A DNA stretch of 64,000 nucleotides from Flavobacteriales bacterium (GTDB lineage: Bacteria > Bacteroidota > Bacteroidia > Flavobacteriales_F > PHOS-HE28): assembly GCA_041747675.1 (NCBI GenBank), contig JBGTES010000008.1, positions 2,779 through 66,778 of the forward strand, written 5' to 3'. Of this stretch, positions 9,006 through 17,049 are shown piece after piece (position 1 is the stretch's first letter; each line of letters begins with the position of its first letter). Under the pieces are notes generated by a model, which had not been told where the DNA came from, did no database searches, and was given only the letters and a program-made list of their open reading frames with translations. The position numbers were made by a program, and so were the translations under genes.

Positions 9006-11416
9006 CAGAATTCGAAATTCCAGGTGACTGATGGAAGGATCGAGAAGAGGGACACCTGCTTGGCCACCACCTGGAAGGTGCCCGCGCCGGGGTTGCCAGC
9101 GGAATCGAAGTAGATGAAATAGGGGTTGGCGCGATTGTAGGCGTTATACACGGCGAAAGTCCAACTGCTGCGCCAGCGGCGGTCCACCTCGGTCTCCTGG
9201 CCGGTGGTGGGGTCGGTGACGGTCCTCGTGGCGCGGTTCTTCAGTGTGGCGGCAAGGTCCATGCGGTGGAAGGCGACCATGCGATAGCCGTTGCGTTCGG
9301 TGTATTCGCTCACCAGTTGCCCTTCTATGAAGTAGCGGTTCACCGGCAGGGTCACCGCCTGCCCGGTGGCATAAACAAAGGTGGCGCCCAGGCTCCAGCG
9401 GCCGGTGAGGTCGTAGGCCAGCACCAGGCTCAGGTCGTGGCGGCGGTCCCAGCGGCTGGGGAACTCACGGCCCTCGTTGATGTCCGGGAACTGTCGCATG
9501 GTACGGCTCCAGGTATAGCCGCCCCAGCCGTTGAAACGCCCCATCCGTTTCTTGATGAACAATTCCGCCCCATAGCTGTAGCCATCACCAAAGACCAGTT
9601 GGGCATCATAGTTCGTGTTGCCATTGTTGGCCGGTTCAGCACCCTCGGCGTATTCGATCAGATTGTCGAAGTCCTTGTAGTACACCTCCAGGCTTGTTTC
9701 GAACATGCCCTCCAGCAGGTCCCTGAAATACCCGGCGGAATACTGGGTGCCGATCTGGGGCTTCACGTTGCTGCTGCTGGGGATCCACACATCGGTGGGC
9801 AGGGCGGTGCTGCTGAAGCTGGCCAGATGTACATACTGCTGCCCACGGTTGAAGCTGGCCTTCACACTGCTTTTGCCATCGATGCGGTAGCGCAAGGCCA
9901 GGCGTGGCTCCAGGGCGGCGTATGAGGCGATGGGCTCGCTGCTGCCGAACTCGCGTGTACCGGTGGCACGGCCGCGGTCATCCAGTTCGTAGAGGGTGTA
10001 TGGCCCCACATGGGCGAAGGTGGTAAGGCGCACTCCGGCATTCAGGCGTAGTTGGTCGGTGATGTCGAAGTCGTCCATCACATAGAGCGCGGTCTCGTGT
10101 GCGTGCAGTTTGGGTGGCGTATCGATGTTGAAGTCCGTGTCACCGCTGCTCACATTCACGGTGCTGGTGGTATAGATATGATAGATGTACTGCCCGCCAT
10201 ATTTCAACCGGTGGCGCGCATTGGGGTAGTGGCTCAGATCCACCTTCAGTCCGTAGTCCTTGATCCCGCTGAAAAGCTCGAATTCAAATTGGTCCTGCCT
10301 GGCTTCGAAGGCGAAGGAATAGTCGCTGAAAGTAGCCGTGGTGTTCATGAAAAGCTTCGGGCCGAACACATGGTTCCACCGGGCGGCGACGGTGGCATTG
10401 CCCCAGGGGATCCGGAACTGCGGGTCGCCTTCGTTGCTGCCGCTGAAGTCGAACACATCCCGCCCGAAGTAGCCGCTGAGATAGAATCGGTCCTTGTCGC
10501 TGAGCCGGTAGCTGGCCTTGGCATTGAGGTCGTAGAAATAATAGCCGCTTCCGCTGAAGGCGCTCTCCGGGTTGATCAGTGGCTTGGTGAGCACATCGAT
10601 GTAGGTGCGCCGGCCGCTCACCAGAAAGGAGCTGCGATCCTTGATGATGGGCCCCTCAAGGGTGAGTCGCGAGGAGATCAATCCGATGCCGCCCTGCCCG
10701 TGGAAGCTTTTGTCATTGCCGTCGCGCATGCTGATGTCGAGCACCGAGGAGATGCGCCCGCCGTAGTTGGCAGGCATGCCGCCCTTGATCAACTCGATGT
10801 TCTTCACCGCATCTGCATTGAACACGCTGAAGAAACCGAATAGGTGGCTGGCGTTGTACACCGTGGCCTCGTCCAGCAGGATCAGATTCTGGTCCGGCCC
10901 GCCACCGCGCACATAGAAACCGCTGTTACCCTCACCATTGCTGGCGACCCCCGGCAGGAATTGCAGGGTCCTCAGGATGTCCACTTCGCCCAGCAGGGCG
11001 GGCAGGGTGTTCAGCTTCTGTACGTCCACGTCCATCGTGCCCATACGTGTGTCGTCCACATTCCCACCGCTCCGCTCACCGATCACTTCGACCTCACGTG
11101 CCATGATCGCCTTGGGCTTCGCCTGTATATTGAGCTTGGCGTCTTCCTTCACCTCGATCACCGCGGTGAATTCCTCATAGCCGATGAAGCTCATGGCGAT
11201 GGTATGCGTGCCTGCCTCGAGGTTCAACACATAATACCCGTAGACATTGGTGGCAGTGCCACGCATGGTCTCCTTCACATACACATTGGCACCGATCAGG
11301 GCTTCACCACTGCTGGCGTCCTGCACATAGCCGCTCACGGTATGCCTGGTGGGCGCTTGACCCAGGGCCACGGTGCAGAACAGGAAGGGTAGGAGAAGGG
11401 CGTATATGCGCGTCAC
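9005..11416 (-). CDS. TonB-dependent receptor (CarboxypepD_reg-like N-domain + plug + beta-barrel)
   Basis: A probable GTG start at 11416 gives (M)TRIYALLLPFLFCTVALGQ. The N-domain reads TVSGYVQDASSGEALIGANVYVKET. The plug region includes GVASNGEGNSGFYVRGGGPDQNLILLDEA. The barrel ends in an aromatic terminus ...SILPSVTWNFEF. The ORF-track extension to 11716 has non-protein-like composition. Confidence 0.9.
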   Translation of the reverse strand: MTRIYALLLPFLFCTVALGQAPTRHTVSGYVQDASSGEALIGANVYVKETMRGTATNVYGYYVLNLEAGTHTIAMSFIGYEEFTAVIEVKEDAKLNIQAKPKAIMAREVEVIGERSGGNVDDTRMGTMDVDVQKLNTLPALLGEVDILRTLQFLPGVASNGEGNSGFYVRGGGPDQNLILLDEATVYNASHLFGFFSVFNADAVKNIELIKGGMPANYGGRISSVLDISMRDGNDKSFHGQGGIGLISSRLTLEGPIIKDRSSFLVSGRRTYIDVLTKPLINPESAFSGSGYYFYDLNAKASYRLSDKDRFYLSGYFGRDVFDFSGSNEGDPQFRIPWGNATVAARWNHVFGPKLFMNTTATFSDYSFAFEARQDQFEFELFSGIKDYGLKVDLSHYPNARHRLKYGGQYIYHIYTTSTVNVSSGDTDFNIDTPPKLHAHETALYVMDDFDITDQLRLNAGVRLTTFAHVGPYTLYELDDRGRATGTREFGSSEPIASYAALEPRLALRYRIDGKSSVKASFNRGQQYVHLASFSSTALPTDVWIPSSSNVKPQIGTQYSAGYFRDLLEGMFETSLEVYYKDFDNLIEYAEGAEPANNGNTNYDAQLVFGDGYSYGAELFIKKRMGRFNGWGGYTWSRTMRQFPDINEGREFPSRWDRRHDLSLVLAYDLTGRWSLGATFVYATGQAVTLPVNRYFIEGQLVSEYTERNGYRMVAFHRMDLAATLKNRATRTVTDPTTGQETEVDRRWRSSWTFAVYNAYNRANPYFIYFDSAGNPGAGTFQVVAKQVSLFSILPSVTWNFEF

Positions 11417-11714
11417 GATCGCGGTCTGTTCGATGAGGGCGGCAAAAGTACCGGCCGCTCCCGTTGTGAACGAGCCGCTCGTCCCATTGTTCGGATCGTG
11501 GGTGAGGTGTGGTGGGATCCTGTCACTTCGCCCGTCATTGTCGCCGGGCCTTCGTATGTGCCCTCCGGTCTCCATACCCTGTTTCGGGTACAGCAGCCAT
11601 TTCAAGACTTGCCAAGGGCCTGGAATTACCAATGATCGGGTATGGCATTCGGCCCATGAATGCGGACACTTTTGGGATACCGGCACCGATGCCGGCCCCA
11701 ATACTCCCGGAACC

Positions 11715-12233
11715 ATGAGACCCAGCCCTTACATTTTCATCGCAGTGATCGTCGCACTGTCCCACCCCGGCGGCCTGTCCGCGCAATCGGGCTCCGGCCT
11801 GATCTCCGGGAATGCTGATCACGCGGTTCATCCTTTCGCAACGCCCGGTCCCGTGGTGGGCGCCGATCTGGTGGATGAGCGCTTCCGCCCGGTGGCGTAC
11901 CACGCGAACGCCTTGCGCCGGACCGTGTACCGCACCAGTGATGGTCGCTTTCAAGTGCGTGTGGTGAGCGCCTCGGGTACCCTGCGCCTGGAAGGCTCTT
12001 ACCTGGACGAGGAACTCCAGATGCCGCATGGGCCCTTTACCTATTACCACCCGAGCGGCCAGTTGGAGAGCAGCGGTCTGTACGACCACGGCGTGAAGGC
12101 GGGTGTGTGGGAACGTGGTTCGTGGGATGGAGTGCGCCTGGCCGAACGGGTCTACACGGGCCTGTGCTGGGACGACCTGCAGGTGCATCTTGGACTGGCC
12201 ACCCGCGCCGTGACCCTCGCTTCGATCGAATAA
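11715..12233 (+). CDS. Secreted MORN-repeat-variant (YwqK-like) protein
   Basis: The ATG at 11715 gives the signal MRPSPYIFIAVIVALSHPGGLSAQ. MORN-variant-like repeats are LEGSYLDEELQMPHGPFTYYHPSGQLESSGLYDHGVKAGVWE. Confidence 0.6.
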   Translation: MRPSPYIFIAVIVALSHPGGLSAQSGSGLISGNADHAVHPFATPGPVVGADLVDERFRPVAYHANALRRTVYRTSDGRFQVRVVSASGTLRLEGSYLDEELQMPHGPFTYYHPSGQLESSGLYDHGVKAGVWERGSWDGVRLAERVYTGLCWDDLQVHLGLATRAVTLASIE

Positions 12234-12265
12234 TGCCCAGGTCCATGGAAATTCTCAAGCCCTTT

Positions 12266-12299
12266 CATGAAAAATACCCGGGATCGGGTATTTTTCATG
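12266..12299. promoter_or_regulatory. Perfect 15-bp inverted repeat (CATGAAAAATACCCG-GGAT-CGGGTATTTTTCATG); either an intrinsic terminator or a NarL-type 7-2-7 operator
   Basis: Read directly from the sequence. It lies 33 nt after the stop at 12233 and 36 nt before the response-regulator ATG at 12335. The core is TACCCGG-GA-TCGGGTA. The GC-rich upper stem with flanking A5/T5 tracts also fits a bidirectional rho-independent terminator. Confidence 0.6.
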
Positions 12300-12334
12300 C
12301 GGATAAGGTCGAACCACCTTTGACCGGACCTGCC

Positions 12335-12979
12335 ATGGCTACCACCTCGCTGCTCCTTGTGGACGATCAATCCATTATCCTGGATGGCCTTGAGGCCGTT
12401 CTCGCACACGAGGAGGGATTCTCCGTGGTAGGCCGTGCGGCCAATGGGAATGAAGCCGTAGCTCAGGCCAGGCTGCTCAAACCCGATGTGGTGTTGATGG
12501 ACATCAGCATGCCGGAGATGGATGGCATCGAAGCCACCCGGGCACTGCTGAAATGCTGCCGCAAAAGCCGGGTACTGGTGCTGAGCATGTACAACAACAA
12601 GGAGTTCGTGAACGAGATCATGGACGCTGGGGCCAGCGGCTATGTGCTGAAGAATACCGGCAAGGAGGAGCTGATGGAAGCACTGCGCAGCGTGGCCGCC
12701 GGATTCCGTTACCTCGGCCGCGCGGTGCAGGAGAGCCTGGAGGAGGGCGATCGTTTCAAAGATCGTGATGGGGAACAAGGCTACCAGGCGATCACCAAGC
12801 GCGAAAAGCAGGTGATGAAGTTGATCTGCCTGGAGTGCACCACTCAGGAGATCGCGGCAGCACTGGGTATCAGCCCGCAGACCGTGGAGACCCATCGCAA
12901 GAACATCATGCACAAACTCGACATCCGCAACACGGCAGGTCTGGTGAAGTACGCCCTGGAGCGGGGATGGAACGTGTGA
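12335..12979 (+). CDS. NarL/FixJ (LuxR-type HTH) response regulator
   Basis: Start MATTSLLLVDDQSIILDGL. Receiver motifs are PDVVLMDISMPEMDG and ASGYVLK. The C-terminal LuxR HTH reads ITKREKQVMKLICLECTTQEIAAALGISPQTVETHRKNIMHKL. Confidence 0.9.
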   Translation: MATTSLLLVDDQSIILDGLEAVLAHEEGFSVVGRAANGNEAVAQARLLKPDVVLMDISMPEMDGIEATRALLKCCRKSRVLVLSMYNNKEFVNEIMDAGASGYVLKNTGKEELMEALRSVAAGFRYLGRAVQESLEEGDRFKDRDGEQGYQAITKREKQVMKLICLECTTQEIAAALGISPQTVETHRKNIMHKLDIRNTAGLVKYALERGWNV

Positions 12980-13061
12980 TCACATCCGCCCGCTCCGATG
13001 GCAAGTAACGGGAGTGGCGGGAAAGACGGAAGCAACATTACCAACCAACCCCCCCGAACCC

Positions 13062-13562
13062 ATGGCAGCTTGGACGATCCATACCATAGAACCCAGTGGT
13101 ACTGGCCTTCACTACTACGCTCTGGTCGAATGCCCACGAAATTTCAGGCCGGATCCCTTGTGCACTCAGCCGGTCAGGGAGGATCCGTCGGGGCGGTTCG
13201 AATTGGAGTACACGGTCGCCGCCAGGTCGTCGCAATGGGATATTTGGCAGTTGGATTCCCGTTTTATTGGGACCCATCCTCGGTTCGTTGAAGTCAGCGC
13301 TATGGTTGGCGGTGTTACTAAAGGGACCGATCGGCCTGAGTTGTTGGACGGCCACGGTGGTGGACCTGGCAGCAGTTCTGTACCGCGCACAAAGAAGCCC
13401 AAGTATATCGGATCCCTTAGAACAAGACTCAGGAAGATCCCCACGTCTGCGGAGATCGGCAAACTGCTTTCTGGGGGCAAGATCACGAAGCTGGCCAAGT
13501 CCGGGAAGCCGGCCAGGAAGGTGGGGAAGAAGGTGGACCGGAAGAAAGCCCCAGGCAGATAG
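13062..13562 (+). CDS. Hypothetical protein with a Lys/Arg-rich C-terminal tail, no signal peptide
   Basis: This is the best of three overlapping frames by composition. The ATG at 13062 (MAAWTIHTIEPSG...) is preferred, with an alternative GTG at 13014. The tail reads PRTKKPKYIGSLRTRLRKIPTSAEIGKLLSGGKITKLAKSGKPARKVGKKVDRKKAPGR. The stop is 3 nt before the next ATG. I recognise no family. Confidence 0.5.
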   Translation: MAAWTIHTIEPSGTGLHYYALVECPRNFRPDPLCTQPVREDPSGRFELEYTVAARSSQWDIWQLDSRFIGTHPRFVEVSAMVGGVTKGTDRPELLDGHGGGPGSSSVPRTKKPKYIGSLRTRLRKIPTSAEIGKLLSGGKITKLAKSGKPARKVGKKVDRKKAPGR

Positions 13563-13565
13563 CCG

Positions 13566-14882
13566 ATGGCGACCCACCTGGCATCAACTGTGGCCGTGGG
13601 CCTGCTGCTCGCCGCCCACGGCCTGTGCGCCCAACCCGTAGGCCGTTGTCCTGACCAACCCGGACTGCGCCAGCGGGTGGACCGCGTGTGTATGGAAACA
13701 TTGCCCTATGATGCCCGCGTCCATTTCCGCACTGCGAACGGAGGTACCTGTTATTGCACTTGCGACACCTTGATCAACAAGACGGTGAAGGAGATCGATG
13801 AATTGCGGGTGGTAAGGGCCAGACGGTACGCGCATAATATTCGAAAATTCTCCGAGCAGGTGGGTGATTCCATTGTTCGCGGAGCGCCGGGAAAGGCCAT
13901 GCGCCCGCCGGACGATCGATGTTCCTCTGACCTGGTGGAGGTGGCCGAAGGCATGGAGCGATGTGGCGTGCTGACATGTGATGCGGACGATCGTTTGGAC
14001 AAGGTGTTGTCCAGGATCTCGGCGTCCGGATTCAGCAGGCCGTCCAGTATCCTCTCCTTTTTCGTCAATTTCTACCCTGATGCGGATGAGTGCGGGGAAC
14101 TCTTTCCTTGGAAACAAGGTTTCTCCTGCGCTCCTGATGCACCGGACAACGCAGTATGTCCCAACATCCACGTGCCATCCTCTTTCATCCGGCATCCCGC
14201 CGTGGGCGAAGAGCTTCTGATGTTCATGATATTGCACGAGATCGGTCATGGGGTGGCGGATGAGGAGACCGCTTTTCAGAATTGTGAGGCCAATGCTGAC
14301 GCCTGGGCCATTGAAGTGGGCTTCAACGCGGTATACGGGGAGGGCCTTGGTGAAGCGGTAGACCTTCTGGTAGATCAGTTCGACAAGTTCTACAGGGACA
14401 TTTTCACCAGCAGTACCGTGGAACAGGCGAAAGTGAATGGGGGGCAGTTCTGTTACGGATCCTATCCCGCTTTGCGCTGTCGCACCAACATGATACAACA
14501 AGTGGCGAGCGTGGAAACGCCCATGGAACTGGAGCGATTGGGCGAATTCGTGCAGGAATACCTCACGGCGAACAACTGCTGGGAGCCTTTGGGTGGCCCC
14601 ACATTCGATCCGGCCGCGGAGGTCCATTGCGGGGATTGCCCGGATCTGGTGATCGTCGATCCGTGGTGGTACCATGATCTGTGGTTCCCCGACAATATCA
14701 GGCTGGACCAACGCATACTACATATGTGTGAAATACATCCTTGTTTGTGTCTGCCACGCCATAAGTCCTGTTTCCCCCCTGCCTTGTTGAAGGACCTCCA
14801 TCGGCTCGAAGGGGATTGGATCAACTTGGTCACACGCTTGGAGAAGATCATGCTGGCCAAGCCCATACCTCCGATCAAATGA
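13566..14882 (+). CDS. Secreted Cys-rich protein with an HEXXH zinc-metallopeptidase-like motif
   Basis: Signal peptide is MATHLASTVAVGLLLAAHGLCAQ. The motif ILHEIGHGV (HEIGH at nt 14235..14249) is followed by ...CEANADAWAIE. I hand-counted about 22 Cys in 438 aa. Its stop overlaps the kinase start (ATGA at 14879..14882). Confidence 0.7.
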   Translation: MATHLASTVAVGLLLAAHGLCAQPVGRCPDQPGLRQRVDRVCMETLPYDARVHFRTANGGTCYCTCDTLINKTVKEIDELRVVRARRYAHNIRKFSEQVGDSIVRGAPGKAMRPPDDRCSSDLVEVAEGMERCGVLTCDADDRLDKVLSRISASGFSRPSSILSFFVNFYPDADECGELFPWKQGFSCAPDAPDNAVCPNIHVPSSFIRHPAVGEELLMFMILHEIGHGVADEETAFQNCEANADAWAIEVGFNAVYGEGLGEAVDLLVDQFDKFYRDIFTSSTVEQAKVNGGQFCYGSYPALRCRTNMIQQVASVETPMELERLGEFVQEYLTANNCWEPLGGPTFDPAAEVHCGDCPDLVIVDPWWYHDLWFPDNIRLDQRILHMCEIHPCLCLPRHKSCFPPALLKDLHRLEGDWINLVTRLEKIMLAKPIPPIK

Positions 14883-16915
14883 CGGCCTCGGCACGTGCTG
14901 GTCTGCTGGTGGTCATATTGTTCCATGGTGTGACCGTGGCTCCACAGGCGCTACCAGACGAGGTGGTATATGCGCGCTTCACCAAGGCCTATCGCTCCCT
15001 GGAGTTGCAGGAACTGAAGTCCCTTGGGGAGGAACTCGCTGCGGGAGGGGATCAGTGGTCGCAAGAGTTGTCCATCCTGGCCCAGGCCTGCCACGCATAT
15101 CGCGCCGATGACATACGTGGTTGCATGGCGGCTCTGGCCACGCTCGATCCGATCACACCCCCACCGCATCCCGTGATCAGGTCCTGGGGTCATCGCATCC
15201 GGGCACTGGTGTATAAGCGCATGGGCGAACCGGATCAGGCCGAAACGGAGATACGGGAGGCGATCGCTCTGCTGGGAGGTACGGCCCATATGATCGAGTA
15301 CACCGATGCGCTTGTTGTGCTTGCCGAAGTGCTGCGCAAGAAGGCCGAATATGGGGCCAGCCTGGAGGTGTTGATCCGCGCAGGCGACCTGGTCGATAGT
15401 CTGGGGCACATGCCCGGGATCTGCAATGTGCTGATCAACCGCGGCAACCTGCTCTATGAGCAAGACCGGTATCCCGAAGCCTTATCCATGTATCGGCGGG
15501 TGTTGGAGTGCACAGTGGAGGGGGACCTGGGTGTGCTGGCCAACAACGCTGCGGTGAATATGGGCTCCGTGTTCCAGGTCACCGGAGAACGGGACAAGGC
15601 CATCCATCTCTATGACAGTCTGTATCATGCATTGGGGGAAGGCCACCTACAGTTGCGTGCCCTTTTGCGCATGAACCAGGCCCTTGCGCATGCAGGCAAA
15701 GGGGAGTACATACGGGCGCTGGTGTTGTATGACGAAGCATTGCCGATGTGCGATGCCGCTGGCGATCGCAGTGGGCGCATGAAAGTGCTTCAGCTGCGAT
15801 CCACTTCGGAATGGGCCATCGGGCAGCGCGACAAGGCTTTGCGGTCCCTGTTGGCATCCATGGAGCTGGCCAGGAAGATCGGCCGGCGGGACGAGGTGTC
15901 CCGAAGCCTGAGCAAACTCGCGGGTTGGTATGAGGAATTGGGAGACCGGGCGAATGCGCTGCAGACACTACGCACGCACATCGCTCTATCAGATTCCCTT
16001 ACGGAACAACGTTTCAGCGATCGCATGGCCATGTTGGAAGTGAAACATGAGACCGACAAGAAGGAGCGTCTGCTGCAATTGCGTGTGGCAGAGTTGGACC
16101 GGGAGCGGGCCATTGCCGAGAACCGCTCGCTCCAGCGCGATCTTCTGTTGGGTGCACTCGCTTTCCTATTGGTGGCGGGCTTTCTATTCTTTCGAAACCT
16201 GCGTCAAAGACAGACCCTCGCACTCCAGGAGAAGGAGCTTTCGGAGAAACGCATCGAGGAGATCCTGCGCTCGCAGGAGTTGCGGCTCATCAGTGCCATG
16301 GCGGCCGCACAGGAGCAGGAACGCGAACGCATCGCACGCGAGTTACACGACAGGGTGGGCAGCATGCTGAGCGCGATCAAGTTCCAGTTCAGTACACTCG
16401 AATCAATGGTGGCGGGTCTGCGCATTGAGCAGCAACAGAGTTACGAGAAGGTGATGGGAATGATCGACGAGGCGGTGGGGGTGGTGCGGCGTATCTCTCA
16501 TGACATGGTGCGCGGTGATCTTGCCGAGTTCGGCCTGGAGCAGGCCCTGCACGACCTTCGCGACAGCATCGCGGTGAAGGGAAAATTGGAGGTGGAACTG
16601 AGCCTTTTTGGATTGGATATGCGCATGGACCGCAAAGTGGAGATAGCCGCCTACCGTATCACGCAGGAGTTGGTCAGCAATGCCCTCAAGCATGGGCGCC
16701 CCACCGATCTGAGCATCTCCTTCACACGAGCGCCCGACAGGCTCAGCATCATCGTGGAGGACAATGGTGCAGGCTTCGATACGACCAGGTCGAGCGCTGG
16801 TATGGGCCTTGGTAATGTGCGCTCGCGGATCTCCACACTCAATGGAGAGATCAGCATCGACTCGGCTCCGGGTCGTGGCACCACGGTGAGCGTGGAGATC
16901 CCCTTGATGGGCTAA
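14879..16915 (+). CDS. TPR-repeat sensor histidine kinase (HisKA_3 + HATPase_c, NarX/DegS-like class)
   Basis: Start MTASARAGLLVVILFHGVTVAPQA. This is followed by TPR-like repeats, a coiled coil and a TM segment (LLLGALAFLLVAGFLFF). The H-box is ERERIARELHDRVGSMLSAIKF. The ATPase blocks are ITQELVSNALKHG, DNGAGF and GMGLGNVRSRI. Confidence 0.88.
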   Translation: MTASARAGLLVVILFHGVTVAPQALPDEVVYARFTKAYRSLELQELKSLGEELAAGGDQWSQELSILAQACHAYRADDIRGCMAALATLDPITPPPHPVIRSWGHRIRALVYKRMGEPDQAETEIREAIALLGGTAHMIEYTDALVVLAEVLRKKAEYGASLEVLIRAGDLVDSLGHMPGICNVLINRGNLLYEQDRYPEALSMYRRVLECTVEGDLGVLANNAAVNMGSVFQVTGERDKAIHLYDSLYHALGEGHLQLRALLRMNQALAHAGKGEYIRALVLYDEALPMCDAAGDRSGRMKVLQLRSTSEWAIGQRDKALRSLLASMELARKIGRRDEVSRSLSKLAGWYEELGDRANALQTLRTHIALSDSLTEQRFSDRMAMLEVKHETDKKERLLQLRVAELDRERAIAENRSLQRDLLLGALAFLLVAGFLFFRNLRQRQTLALQEKELSEKRIEEILRSQELRLISAMAAAQEQERERIARELHDRVGSMLSAIKFQFSTLESMVAGLRIEQQQSYEKVMGMIDEAVGVVRRISHDMVRGDLAEFGLEQALHDLRDSIAVKGKLEVELSLFGLDMRMDRKVEIAAYRITQELVSNALKHGRPTDLSISFTRAPDRLSIIVEDNGAGFDTTRSSAGMGLGNVRSRISTLNGEISIDSAPGRGTTVSVEIPLMG

Positions 16916-16919
16916 GGAG

Positions 16920-16935
16920 TACCCCTGATCGGGTA
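16920..16935. promoter_or_regulatory. Second 7-2-7-like motif TACCCCT-GA-TCGGGTA immediately after the kinase stop
   Basis: Read from the sequence. It shares the 10-mer GATCGGGTAT and the TACCC half-site with the palindrome at 12266..12299. TACCCCT fits the E. coli NarL heptamer consensus TACYYMT. Another GGGTAT lies about 50 nt downstream (TTATTGGGTATTTGCAC), ahead of the gene at 17050. Confidence 0.35.
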
Positions 16936-17049
16936 TGAAGCCGTTGGAAACCCCATTGAATACTGATTAACTCCCCTTTATTGGGTATTTGCACGGTGCC
17001 TGCACTGGGCCAGTTTTGGATCGTAACATCCAACCAAAACTCCCGCGCA

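Noticed and set aside
11417-11714. Is the 298-bp leader upstream of the TonB-dependent receptor a riboswitch (cobalamin or TPP)?
   Set aside because: I read the minus-strand leader by eye and found no B12 box (GCCACTG), no GGGAA/CCGGTG core and no TPP CTGAGA/ACCTGATCTGGATAATGCCAGCG elements. It is also a divergent promoter region shared with the gene at 11715. A cmscan would be needed to exclude other RNA families.
11715-12233. Is the YwqK-like ('antitoxin') MORN-variant protein part of a toxin-antitoxin system?
   Set aside because: It has a signal peptide and no adjacent toxin-like gene. The YwqK label is a family name only.
13584-14711. A long minus-strand ORF (375 aa) lies antisense to the HEXXH gene. 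Similar long antisense ORFs occur at 8010..9113, 21947..23356, 27742..29337, 37835..39460, 46025..46933, 49205..50740, 60079..61308 and 61650..63071.
   Set aside because: These are typical high-GC shadow ORFs. Their composition is rich in Arg, His, Gly, Ala and Pro, with low complexity and no recognisable motifs. Each overlaps a gene with strong family signatures on the other strand.
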